Shown here one piece after another: positions 51,125 through 63,479 of a stretch of DNA of 64,000 bases. The stretch comes from Antedon mediterranea (Eukaryota; Animalia; Echinodermata). Both the position numbers and the translations under genes were made by a program. The first letter of the stretch is position 1; the number at the start of each line of letters is the position of its first letter. Where the stretch lies: NCBI RefSeq assembly GCF_964355755.1, contig NC_092679.1, forward strand, positions 14,429,432 to 14,493,431. Reading direction: 5' to 3'. Under the pieces are notes generated by a model. That model ran no database searches, had not been told where the DNA came from, and was given only the letters and a program-made list of their open reading frames with translations.

Positions 51125-54100
51125 TAATAATAATAAGAATAATAATAAGATTTTTATAGCGCACATACCACTCCAGAGTGCTCAAGGCGCATTTAAAAAT
51201 AAAAAGAAATAAATCATACAAATTCCTGACAAATAAAATGCAATTTCTTTGGAGGGTCCCCATCCGTTTTCGTTCTGTCGCGGTCCCGGACCCCTACCTA
51301 GGTGACCAAACAAAGGAGCAGGATACACATTTGCCTTGCCACAGACGACCGGGTGCTCAGAGACAACAACCAAGACAGAGGCACCCCAAAGATAATGCTG
51401 GCCAGGAAAAGGTATACAAAACAATTCTAAGCCTAAAAAACTTTAAGAAACCTCATGATTTCCATATGCCTTAATGAATAAATGTGTTTTTAATAATTTT
51501 TTAAAAGTCTCAACAGTTTTGCAAAATCTTATAGAGCTCGGTAGAGCATTCCACAGACGAGGAGCAGTAACGGAGAATGCTCTGTCACCCCATGAGTGGT
51601 GAGACTTAGGCTGATGTAGAAGCAGCGAGTCACTAGAACGCAGATTACGTCCGGGAACATACAGCCTAAGCATGTCAGAAATATATTCAGGAGCCATGCC
51701 ATTTATAGACTTAAAAACAAAGAGTAATATTTTAAAAACAATGCGGTACCTAACAGGGAGCCAATGCAATATTTCCAAAGTATTTGATATGTGTCCATAT
51801 CTTGGTAATTTTTTAACAACTCGTGCCGCTGTATTTTGAATCAGTTGGAGCCTGTGGAGTTGTTTTGTGGTAGCCCGTATAGCAAAGAGTTTCCCATATC
51901 CAGTCGTGAAGTGACAAAAGCATGAACAAGTTGTTTAGCTGCTGTCTCATTTATAAACTTGCGAATCCTTCGAATGTTTCGCAAGTGAAAAGACGACGCA
52001 GAAATAGTTTTTGAGATATGAGAAATCATAGTCATACCCACATCCATTTCAACCCCAAGATTTCAAACCTGCCTAGCCGGGTCAATTTGGGTTTCACCAA
52101 TGTGAATAAAGCTTGGTGGCAGTTTTTCCAACTGCTGTTTTGATCCAAAGAGAACAAATTCTGTTTTTTCATCATTTAATTTAAGAAAGTTGTTTTTCAT
52201 GCAGACACGCAATTCATAGATACAATGTTGGAGCAATTCCAAAGAAATGTCACTGTGTTTCATAGTAGGTTTAAAAGAAATATAAATCTGAGTATCATCA
52301 GCATAAACATGATAGCACAGATCATATTTACTTATGATATCCCGTATCGGGTGTAAATAAATAGTAAACCATTGCGGCCCAAGAACAGATCCTTGTGGTA
52401 CCGAAAAGTTTAGAAAAGAAGCTTTTGAAATAGCATCACCAATACATACGTGTTGAGGTCGTTTTTCCAAATATGACCGACACCAATCAAGTGCATTTCC
52501 TTCAATACCAATATAAGTACTGAGTCTATTTAGCAACACAGAATGATCAACCGTATCAAATGCTGCACTTAAATCTAATAATACTAGAGCAGTTAGCTTT
52601 CCATCATCCATCCCACGTAGGATGTCGTTATTTACACGAAGTAATGCCGTTTCAGTACTGTGATGCGCTTTGTAGGCAGATTGATACGGATCAAGTAGGC
52701 CATGTTTTTGTACATGCGACAAAATCCGTTTAGAAACAACCTTCTCAATTATTTTTCCTAAAAAACTAAGATTCGAGATAGGTCTGTAGTTTTTCAGAAT
52801 CTCGGGATCTAGACCTGTTTTTTTCAATGTGGGTCGAACGTGAGTGACTTTTAGAGACTCTGGGAAAGAACCACTTTCAAGAGACTTATTAACAATATGT
52901 GTGATTAATGGAATAAATGCAGAAGTACATTTCTTAATCAGTCAAGTTGGTACCGGGTCAAGTGCACACGATTTAGAGGGAGAATTTTTGACAATTTTTA
53001 AAATTTCCTCATCACTTGCAGGTTCGAACTGAGAAAACCGTATAGACCTAGTAAAACCATAAGATATATTACATTTATCAGAAGCAGTTATAACTTCGGC
53101 AGTATTTTCATTTTCTAGTGAATCACGAATTGATTTAATTTTATTTACAAAAAACACAGAAAATCTTTCAGCAAGAGCTTCATCGGAGACAGACGAAGGA
53201 AGGACCGATGACTTGGAGTGATGTAAAAGTTTATTTACTATATTGAAAAGTTTCTTTTGATCACCTGTGCAGTCACTAACCAGACTAGAGTAATACCGCG
53301 TCTTGGTCTTTTCAATCAGTCCATTTACAACGCATCTTTGAACACAGTATTCCTGTCTATCCTTAAGAAGCTTTGATTTCATCCATTTACGTTCAAGTTG
53401 ACGACGTACTTTCCTTTCAGATCGAATTTCATCGGTATACCACGGTTTAGCTTCATTTTGCCTAATTGTTTTGTTCTGAACTGGCGCATGTAAATCAAGT
53501 ACAGCTCTGAGATCAGAATAGCTTTCTACACTGTCTTCAAGAATTACACTTACATCGGTTATATTAGACACACAGGCTTTAATGTCATTTGTGAATTTCT
53601 CAATATCAATTTGTTTTAGGTTGCGACTTTTTCTTACAGTTTTGTGTGTTGTGGGCCGTTTAAGATCAAACTTGCAAAATATGGGAAAATGATCTGACAG
53701 GCCAGGGTGTATCTTTACATCCGAGAGCAGTAGATCATCTCTAGTGATGATAAGGTCGAGGCAGTGCCCACTACAGTGTGTGGGTTCATTTATATGCTGC
53801 TGGAGACCAAACGATCTAAGCAGTGTTTTAAATCTATCCGCTGCCACATTTTTTTTATTATCCATATGGATATTAAAGTCTCCGCAGAAAACAATTTCAG
53901 ACGAAAAGAGAATAAAGTCAAACAAAATTTTTTCAAAATCATTTAGGAACTCTGTAACCGACAAGGTTGGTGGTCGATATATGTTAACTAAACGAAGAGA
54001 TTTAGAGTTAGACGTAATATGCACATGTATAGCCTCAAATGATGCATATGTATGTACATCCGTTTTTAAGTTAACAACTAAGCTTGACTTAGACAGAATT

Positions 54101-55099
54101 CCAACACCACCCCCTGTTTTGTCCACCCTAGGGACATGCACAAAGCGATATCCTAGTGGAGTTAAATCTCCAATCACAAGATCATCGTCTGGTCTTAACC
54201 AGGTTTCAGACACCGCCACTACATCTAGATTATACAGTCCACAAATTCATCACACTTGTTACGCAGTGAACGTGCATTTAGAACGCCAAAATTAAGATGT
54301 GCTTTTTCTTTAGACCTATGCTTTTCTGTGGATTTAGTACTCGTCTCACCATTTCCAGATACTTGCTCCACTCCTTTTCTTGAGGCTTTGCGTTGCGTGG
54401 ATCGAGCATTAAGTACACATAATTTTAATTTAGAAAAATGAGTACTTATGGTGCTGTGTCTTTTTGCAGTCGACTGTGTCCAGGTACTGCAGGGAATAAT
54501 TTCGCCAGTGTAGCATAGCAAAAAGCTATACAAAACAACCTTTTTGCTACACATTTCTACAATTATGTAGCAAAAAATACAATACAAAACTATGTTTCTT
54601 GACTAAAAAATCAGTTTGATTATCAATTTTGCTAAACAACATTTTCAAATGAAATTTTTCTCTGTACTGGCTCCACTCTTGGTGTATTTGGTCTCTGTGG
54701 GGTTTTATTTGTAGAAATTGATGATTCTCCAATGGACGATTTGCTTCCGTTTGTCGTTGATACATATTCGCACGATGAAAAATCGACGACTGTGGCTTGT
54801 GTATGTCAGGCACAGGTACAGACAAAGATTCGTCGCACGAATTTCCATTGATGTGGTTTATAACATTTTTGGCAAATGACCCAACTCCAATTTGGTTTAG
54901 GTGAGTTCCATCCGAAGACAGGTGTTTTGACATGATACAACTATTGTCAATAAAGCCCCAATTTCGCTGTCTAGCAACTGCTCGTATCTTGTCATTGGCA
55001 TCGTTTATACGCTTAGATTCTGTAAGAGATTCATGTTTTCGATGAATTATCGAGGAGATTGTTACTCTTCTCGGTTGTAAAGATTCTCCGAGAGATTGA
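51125..55099 (-). mobile_element. L2-clade LINE with SGNH-esterase ORF1 remnant and APE-RT ORF2, nested in Gypsy integrase
   Basis: DGTHLN esterase block; SETW, GDFN, SDH; LDLSAAFD, VPQGSVLGP, YADDTQ, LHWLPV; gcgctataaaa-(tat)n tail. Confidence 0.92.
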
Positions 55100-58000
55100 G
55101 AGGACACGGAGGTCGTAGTCTCTCTTCATGCGTCGCTGCGTTTCCCCCAGAGTAGCCCGTGCTATGTCGTGTGCTTCACGGATTGATTGTGCGAGGGCAG
55201 TCACGTAGTTATCGGGTGCTCGTGCAGTGGGAGGGTCGCTAGCTGTAAACATGAGATCGGCAGGAAGGTTGATCTCTCGTCCGAGCATCAGCATGTTGGG
55301 AGTGTAACCCGTCGAGCGATTCACCGTCGCCCAGAGGGCTACAGTTAGCTGTGGTAGAAACACATCCCAATCTTTCTGCTGCCGGCCTACAAAACATCCA
55401 TTCATCCATTCACAGCATCCATCAGTGTCCGGTTGTATCGTTCCACCTGGCCGTTGGTGGCGGGTCGGTAACTGGTGGTTCTGGTCTTGTGGATCTGTAA
55501 AACTTTACATAAAGAACTAAATAATTCACTTTCAAAATTACTCCCCTGATCAGAGTGGAGTTCCAAGGGCATCCCGAACCGGGAGAAGAAATTCCCTACC
55601 ACGGCTCGGGCCGTTACCTCCGCTGTCTGACAAGGAAGTGGGCTCGCTTCAACCCATTTAGTGAATTGGTCCACCATCATGAGAAAGTATACATTGCCCA
55701 TGTGGGTTTTACTTAGGCAAAGGCCCAAGGAAATCGATATGTACCCGTTCCATGGGTGTACCTGCATGAAAGTTTGTTAAGGGATATCGGACTTTACGGC
55801 CGGTTTTCTTATTGCGGTTACACACTTCACAGTTGGCTACATACCTTTCGATATCCCTGGACATACCATACCAAAAGAACTGTTCCTTAAGACGAAAACG
55901 GGTTCGGGCGATGCCTTGGTGTCCAGCTGAAGGGAGGTCGTGGTGTAGTCGCAGGGCGACTAGTTGCAAATCCCTTGGCAGTACCAAAAGGCGCTCGCCA
56001 GACGTTTCATGCTTCAGGAACATAATGCCGTCGTCGGACAGATGAAGACGGTCTCGATTCAACCAAAAGAACTTCGTGCTCGGGCTGAAAAGGAACAGCT
56101 CATTAGTTGAAGGGTCGTCTTTGCGCTCCAACCACCGCAGGATAGGCTGGAGATCAGCGTCCTTGCGTTGTTGGTCCTGGAGTTCGCTGACAGAGTACCC
56201 CCAACATCGGGCGGTCGGTGTCTCCGGCTGAATCGATGTGACCATATCTCCATCCTGTAAAATACAAATATTAGTTAATCCATTGGGAGCCCGGGTTATT
56301 TCCACGGTCGCTCGACCACCCGGGTCCCATAGAAACGCCTCACTACCCACTCCTCTACTCGCCTGTCGAATCTGGGAGATGGGTACGACGTCGTCGACAT
56401 CCTCCCGGAACCGTGCCCATTTCGCATGCGTCCTACGACAGTAGGTGCAACCCCCACAGGGCAGGTCGTCCGGAGTGATGGCGCCGTGCTCACCCCCCCC
56501 CCCCCCCAATACGGGAGAGTGCGTCTGCATTGGTGTGTAAACTACCCCGCCGGTGCTCGACTACCATGGTATACTGGCTGAGCTCCTCCATCCAACGAGC
56601 TAGTTGTCATTGGGGACCCTTGAAATTAAGGAGCCCAGCAGGTAGTGGCGGAAATGCCTGGTCATATACACAATGGCCAGCAAATCCTTACGAGTTGTGC
56701 AGTAGTTGCGTTGTTCAGCGGTGAGCCGGATGCTAGCGTAGGCGATTACTCGTTCCTTACCCTCTTGCATCTGCAGCAATTCACCGCCGATGGCGTGGTC
56801 CGATGCGTCCACATCTAGTATGAATTCATCCCGGATGTTTGGTAACGTCAAGACAGGAGGTTGAACCAATGCGTTCTTGAGAGATTCAAAAGCGATCCGC
56901 TGGTCCTCTCCCCACACAAATTGGACTCCCTTCTCAGTCAGACGGTACAACGGGACAGCCAGGTTGGCGAAAGAATTGATGAATTCCCGGTGGTAGTTAG
57001 CCAGACCAAGAAACTGTTGTACTTCCAGGTTGGTTGGCGTGGGCCAGCTCTGGACGGCTTCTACATCTGTGTCGGAAACTTTAAAGAGTTGTCACCGACG
57101 ACACGTCCAAGAAATTCTACCTTTCTCTAAAAAAAAACACACTTTTTGGGTTTTAGCTTAAGGTTAGCATTCCTAAATCTTCCCAGGACAATGGTTAAAT
57201 TATTCAGGTGATCTTCAAAGGTTTTTCCCAGCACGACGATATCGTCCAGAAATGCTAGTACGACGTCCCATACCAACCCTCGTAGCACTAACCCCATGGC
57301 ACGGGAAAACGTAGCCGGGCAGTTTGAAAGACCAAATGGCATTTTAACAAATTCATACAAACCATGCTTGGTAATGAACGCAGTTTTCTTCTGGTCCTCC
57401 TCCTTCATTGGGATCTGCCAGTATCCCCAGAGGGGGTCAAGCTTGGAGAACCAGATGTTTCCAGATAACGTATCGATGCAGTCCCTTACTAACGGCAACG
57501 GATAGGCATCCTTCGTGGTGATGTTATTCAGTGCTCGATAGTCTATACAGAAGCGCACGGAGCCGTCACGCTTCCGCACCAGGACTGGGGGTGATGCCCA
57601 CTCTGAGATGGAGGGTTGAATCACTCCAGCTCGGAGCATCTTTTTTATCTCCTTCTCCTCTTCACCAGCAAAGCGAATCGGCGTTGGTCGGAGCCGTTGC
57701 TTGATAGCCGGCGCCTTGCCCGTATCTATGATGTGCTCAATATCTTTGAACGTACCAATATCGAACTGATGTGAAGCGAAGGCTTCTTGATATTGAGTGA
57801 TAAGAGAAGACAGTTGTGCGAATTCGGAGTCGGAGAGATCAGTACGGGACGCTTCTAGCATGTCCACCAGATGCATGGGTACTGCCGAAACAGGTTCATC
57901 ATGACTGGCTGCTGAACATACATCTGCGGCGTTGGCTTCTCCATCCTCCTCCACCTGATCTACTTCTGTGGCTGTTGCAATGTTCCGTCCCTGTTTCAGA

Positions 58001-58990
58001 GTGACGTACCTGTCCGATGTGTTGACCACACACAGGTGCGGAATACGCAAACCTCGATGTGTGGTAGCTGGAATCGCCACAGAAGCGTTGATCTCTGGAT
58101 TTATAAAGAAATCTGGTAAAGGTAAATGGTTAGGTGAAAGTTGACATTGGACGTGCGCTACCGAGTGAGGTGGTATCACTATACACTTGGCGACAAGAAC
58201 CCGAGCGGTTCTCGGGGGTTCGGGTTCCCGATTTCCCCGCAGAGAGACTGTGCTCACACCCACGGTTAACAGCAGCTGTTCGCAGTCTACCATGGCCCCA
58301 TTTTTGACCAGAAAATCCTGACTTAACAACATTTCATCGTGAATCGGTGCTACATAGAAAAATTCAGTGTAGGATTCCTACCCTAGCCTAAAATGAATAG
58401 GTCCCACCTTGTAACCAGGCATCGATGTCCCTCTACCCGCTAGGGTAAAGTTAAGCTTGGCCATAATAGGTGGTTTAGGAACTAAACGAGAATATACGTT
58501 ATCTGAGAGTATCGTCTGGTCCGCAGCCGTGTCCACAACAGCTGTTACTTCAGTCTGATTCACGTAGACCGTGGTGTATAAGGCTCGGTTGGATCGTACT
58601 CGGTTGATAACGATTGGTTTTTCAGTTTCGTCTGCCGTGTCGGCTACTTCCGCTGGCCGAGTCCACCCCGCAGCACCCTGAGGTTCCAACGGTTCGTTGG
58701 AAGTCGAAGTCGTCTCCGCCACCTGGAAGCAGGTCTGGTTGCAGCGTTGTCTCTGAAAGATTACTCATAGTAATGAAAGAATTATTAGTATTATCTTGAC
58801 CCGTGTTAATGTGACTAATACTTCTATTAATGTTATCACTATTATCTCGGTTATTGTCATTACTATTATTATTTTTACCATTATTCTTACTACCATTATA
58901 TTTACTGTTGTTACCCTTCACAAGACCTGAGCCCGGACGAGGTGACAGGTTGGGAAGCTGGGCTGCGCTTCCAACCTGGTCTAGTTTGAC
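55100..58990 (-). pseudogene. Gypsy pol: protease, RT, RNase H, integrase HHCC and DDE core (frameshifted)
   Basis: VVDTAA; FCIDYR, MPFGL, FLDD; LDVDAS; HHD..GH..CEVC; HIDF, HSDQG, NGQVER. Confidence 0.95.
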
Positions 58991-61029
58991 GACTGGTCAC
59001 CTTCCGACTCAATCTGTCGAACTTGTCGGGCTAACTTAGGACAGTCCTTTCTGAAATGACCTGGCTCTCGACACTCAAAACACACTCTCGGGGGCGAGGT
59101 TGAGTACCGTCTACCCGGCGAGGGTGGTGATGCAGGTGTTGGATGCAAGGCAGTTAATAGACTGTCGAACCTGGTCATCAAATGGCCCACGTTAGTCGTC
59201 AAATGGTCGACGTTCGTGTTCAGTTGCCCCACTTGTCGTTCGACCGCTTCCATCCTGGTCTCGGTGCGAGGTGGAGTCGGCCGTGGAGAACCTCTGCGAT
59301 CGTGTTGATCCTTCCTATCCACAGGCCCAGGGACGATAGGTTTCTCGAGGCTCACCGGGCGAGTCCACCCCTTTCCAACCTGTCGAACCTCTACCTCCTC
59401 CCCACTCTCAGAAGACTCTCTTGTATACGAGGGCGGCGACCGGTGATGTCGTTGGTCAGGCACAGTTGCGAATCGTACGTGCGGCCTCACCTGCTCTCTT
59501 GGTCGCCCCTTTCTTCCTCGATTACAAAGTTCCCTAAAGCCAATGTATTTCTCGTAGGCTGCCAGTGCTCTCACCAAAGTAGTATGATTCTGGTGTAGAA
59601 TATACTAACCGGCCTCGGCATCGAGACAACCCACGCAAAACTTCACGACTGCTCTCCGATGAATCCAGTCTTTAGGAAGTTCACGGAAAGCTTTCCTCGT
59701 TAGGGTGAGTACTCTGTCGCTCCAATCTTCAATGGATTCACCTTCCTGTTGGCTGGCCGTATCCAACTTCACTTGCAAGACCTCAGGTAATTCCTCAGCC
59801 TTGAAGCGCTCGTCGAAAGCTCCTATAATATGCCTGAAAGATAAATCTCGGTTCATATGAGTTAGGTTAATGAAGTAATCTGCCGCAATACCTGTAACGC
59901 ACCATTGAAAAGCATCGCGCATTCCTCTATCGCTGAGACCATATTCGTCAGCATAATTGAGGAACCGCTGCTTAAATAAAACCCAATTGTCCCACCCGCT
60001 AAACGACAGATTTTTAGGAATGTCCTTTGACCTAAAATGTGGTTGTTGCCGTCTAGGAGCCCTACGCTCGGTGGTCCGTAAGAACTCTCTAAAGGATCGA
60101 CGCTAAGAATTCATCGTGTTCGGTGTGAAATGATGGTTGGGTATATTCTCCCTCACTCTCGCTGCCGTCGTAATACGTACGGTCAGTGTTTTCATAAGCC
60201 CCGTCAACATGGCGTCTCTGAGGTATCTCTCTAGATGACCGCCTTGTTGGTGGATGACCCCCTCTGTTATTGTATTGGGGCCTGTGAGAGACAGGGGTGT
60301 GCGACCGTATATATGCTGATGTGGTGCTAGTAGTAACCCCGGGAATGTTACCCCTCATGTTAGACTGTTCAGTCTGAGGGGTAGCCTGGGCCCTGGAATA
60401 CACTGGCGTAATTCCAGGATTAACAGTTGATGTTACCCGTGTACCTTGAAATGATAAGGTGGGAGGGGTGTCCCGATACTCCGGTGCCCCCCAAGAATCT
60501 ACATAGGAGTATTGACCGGGCGTATTGGATGGGACAACTCCCTCCGGGCCACCTACAAACGGGTTAGATGGTGCAGCACCATTGCCATCGTAAAGAGGGC
60601 GGTCTTCCCCAAACTCGGAATGTAATGTAACATCCGGGAGTGTAGGGGATCTAAATTCGTGTCCCGGGTTGGCAGGGAAGTACGATCGGTCCCGTTCATC
60701 TCCCCGAGGCTCACGGTGAATCGTGGAATCCCCGTTAGTGGGATTTAAACTGGCCGCCCTAGTTTCGTTCCGTGCATCCACTAGGTAGTCACAGCGTTCG
60801 TTGTGGTGATAATCCCTCCCCGCTTAGGATTTAGGGTGAAGTCGAACCATCTGGAAAATTTGGTTTTCCCCAAACCCTTTATATCCCCAATATTGACCGG
60901 GGTGATATTCCCATAACGACCTCTCCAGTCTATTAATTTTTGAGCACGTGGAGCACCTATACCAGGCACCAGGAGTAGGTCTGTAACGCCTCAGAAATTT
61001 ATAGATATCAGTCTGGCTTTTGGAGGCAT
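58981..61029 (-). pseudogene. Gypsy gag with N-terminal helix-hairpin-helix and C-terminal CCHC knuckle (disrupted)
   Basis: ATG at 61029; LLVPGIGAPRAQKL..IKGLGK; QQEGESIEDW capsid-like motif; CFECREPGHFRKDC; tcaaactag stop with pol in the -1 frame. Confidence 0.85.
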
Positions 61030-61744
61030 ATTTATGTAATCAACTGCACTCTAAATAATAATTCAAGGTCAAACCAGAGTATTATATCAATAGGGATTCA
61101 AATTGTATATATTGACTACTGATTATACTTATTCTACCCCAAAGGAAATGTATCCCAATTTACAAAGAGTATACGTAAAATGTAATTGTAAAATATATCG
61201 TTATAAAACAAGTTTCAAAATAAACTCTATTTCTGAAAGACAATAGTAATTAAAATTGCTAAACACAAAACGATATGCAAAATGAGACTAATGGAATGTG
61301 CGGAATCCGCCCACATGTGTCTTAGGAATTCAAAAGAACACACAATAGAGGAGTCGCCCGTTGAATCAATTCCCACAACGTTTGAACTAAAAACAACTGA
61401 AATAATTCTTAGTTCTTCTATAGTTTATCTTTTTACTATTTCTATATCAATAAAAACTACAACAAAACAATACTCAATTTATAATTCTTATGTAGCCTAA
61501 GTCTAACTTCTCAATGGGTCTCACTTGATGAAGTTGCGTTACAAAAGCAATAACGCAGTGCCAGTAGCGCCTACAGAGTCGAACAAAAATCCGTGCACTT
61601 TATTAAATTCACTAATCGCGGTGAGGCTACACCGTGCGGAATTGTGAAAATGCAGCGGGAAATTTGAACCGTTGTCGCCCCACAGGTGTGGGAACGAACT
61701 CTGTGCCAAAACTAATTAACTTGGCGTTAATCGCTGACGTTTTT

Positions 61745-61757
61745 GCTCGCAGCGCCA
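61745..61757 (-). other. primer binding site, probably tRNA-Ser
   Basis: tggcgctgcgagc one base after the 5' LTR; resembles the complement of tRNA-Ser 3' ends (from memory). Confidence 0.7.
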
Positions 61758-61758
61758 A

Positions 61759-62066
61759 TGTTGTAAAACGGCCGAGATTATAATACAACTAGCAGAAAGT
61801 AGTGTAGCTTACCTGTCGTTGTGGACTGGTCTCCTGGGAGTTCATAGCCCAGCAATTGCCAATAGTAAATACTACAATCCTTATGTGGTATCTGGGTATC
61901 ACACACGGTAGACACTCAGTCTAATATTCCGATGAGCAGTGTCTGTTCTCCGTGTATATGCTATTCCGTCTAAACCTCAAGAGAGCGCTGGTCTCTTCAG
62001 GACGGCACACATGACCTCGGGTCACTCGGTGGACTGAACCATTAAGCGGAGGGGTATTTCACTACA
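61759..62066 (-). repeat. 5' LTR
   Basis: 308 bp, TG...CA, followed by PBS. Confidence 0.97.
61813..61845 (-). CDS. putative LTR-encoded leader exon MNSQETSPQRQ for the TatD ORF
   Basis: atg aac tcc cag gag acc agt cca caa cga cag|gtaagc; phase 0 matches acceptor at 47377. Confidence 0.7.
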
Positions 62067-62989
62067 ATATGCATGTATCGATGACAAGAAGATTTATCCA
62101 ATAAAATGTAAATATTCTCCACATGAGTATGCATACATTATTCAGAGTAGTGTATTTAAAACTGTAAAGTAATACTAGGCTTACAGAACCATCGTTTCTT
62201 CCATGTCTTCACATTCGAGCTCATCTACTTCTATCACTTCTGTGTTAAGGTCCGTTAGAATACTGGAATAAAAGCAAATTAAATTATTAATTGTAAAATA
62301 TTTCAATTTAAGAATCCAATCTAGACACTATACTAAACAAATGCCAGACATACCTTCCATTGCCATTGACAGCTTCTGTTGTCACCACATCAACTGGTGG
62401 TTGTTGATCATCAACAATGTCTTTGATTGTTGCAGCATCGGTAGCTTCCTCATTATCAAGTCCGACTCTCTTCGACTTCTTCAGTGATCGTCGATGTCTG
62501 GCCAAACGGGATTTAGACTTTATTTTCTAGTGTTTCCCATCCTTAATATGCGACAGCTTGTCTGTGTCAATTGTCAACGCAGTTACTTGATCATCATCTG
62601 CTGTCAGATTTCCCTTAGCCCTGGTTGTATTGCAAACACTGCCCTTAGTTTTGGGTGTGTGTTTGTGCACAAAACAGACTCATGTGAACATTGAAAATAT
62701 GAGATCATTCTCAAGTCTGTCAGCAGAAAATGTAAATCTTAAACTCTGTTCTTAGATTCAGAACTTTCGGTGGCCAGTATCTCCTGGAAATTTGGAGGAT
62801 CAACGCTAGATCCGTCTTCAGAATTAAATTCGAATTCCTCAATTGCGTTTGCGTAAGGTCAACGAATTACCCATTAATAATTAATATAGATACAATACGA
62901 GATATGGAATCAATATAACTTTCCGAAAGGTTTCCAATAGTTTTCTGAAGGCGTTTGTTATGATCCGTTGATATGGCGATTTAGTTCTG

Positions 62990-63100
62990 TATCGTAGTAA
63001 CTTCGAAGCGCGCACAAGGCGTTCACACCAACAACGCGCAACCAATACATGTGACGACGCCGCCCGCGCTTCATGTGACGCCGCATTATGGTGGGGCATT
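62990..63100 (-). promoter_or_regulatory. CpG-rich putative promoter of gene copy B
   Basis: local CpG cluster with ccaat and catgtgacg twice, just upstream of the first exon, in AT-rich surroundings. Confidence 0.35.
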
Positions 63101-63179
63101 CTAATTCATAAAGCTTTTCCCGGAAATTATCGTCCCAGAAACAATCAATTGAACTAGATAAAGATGTTATTATTATGTT

Positions 63180-63323
63180 TCTCTTTGGAATGCGTCAGGC
63201 AACTTCCACCAGTGTCTTCAAATCTCTCCTCAAAACTCACCTAAATTTGTCTGTCTATGTAAAGCGAATTGAGGCTTTCAGCATAATGCGCTATATCAAG
63301 TACCAGTTATTATTATTATTACT
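63180..63323 (+). mobile_element. L2-type 3' end fragment
   Basis: FKSLLKTHL followed by gcgctatatcaag-(tat)n. Confidence 0.75.
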
Positions 63324-63479
63324 ACATGAAGTAATAATATTACATTTTTTTTTAATATTTAAATATTATAGGCATGAGAGAGTAAAGAAAACAACTATTA
63401 AACGAAAAATTGGTGTTAGGTCCATGCTAGCTGTTAATTGGTATCTTTCCCAACTAATCACATTTTTAATTTTAATTGG

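Larger units (their letters stand above)
45216..62066 (-). mobile_element. Gypsy/Ty3 LTR retrotransposon with both LTRs, HhH-Gag, PR-RT-RH-IN-PHD and extra TatD ORF; two nested LINEs
   Basis: 308-bp TG..CA LTRs, ATAT TSD (45212-45215, 62067-62070), PBS, PPT, Gypsy domain order. Confidence 0.97.
34465..62880 (-). pseudogene. multi-exon orphan gene, copy B, in four pieces (62880-62067, 45215-44925, 40155-39088, 34691-34465)
   Basis: reverse complement matches exons and introns of copy A across each insertion junction. Confidence 0.8.

Noticed and set aside
58622-58921. Asn-rich ORF as a separate gene
   Set aside because: It is the low-complexity start of the pol frame after the gag stop
45699-61029. 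Bacterial contamination or operon (tatD plus comEA-like HhH)
   Set aside because: Both lie between paired LTRs with a TSD, collinear with gag-pol, and TatD is preceded by a spliceosomal acceptor
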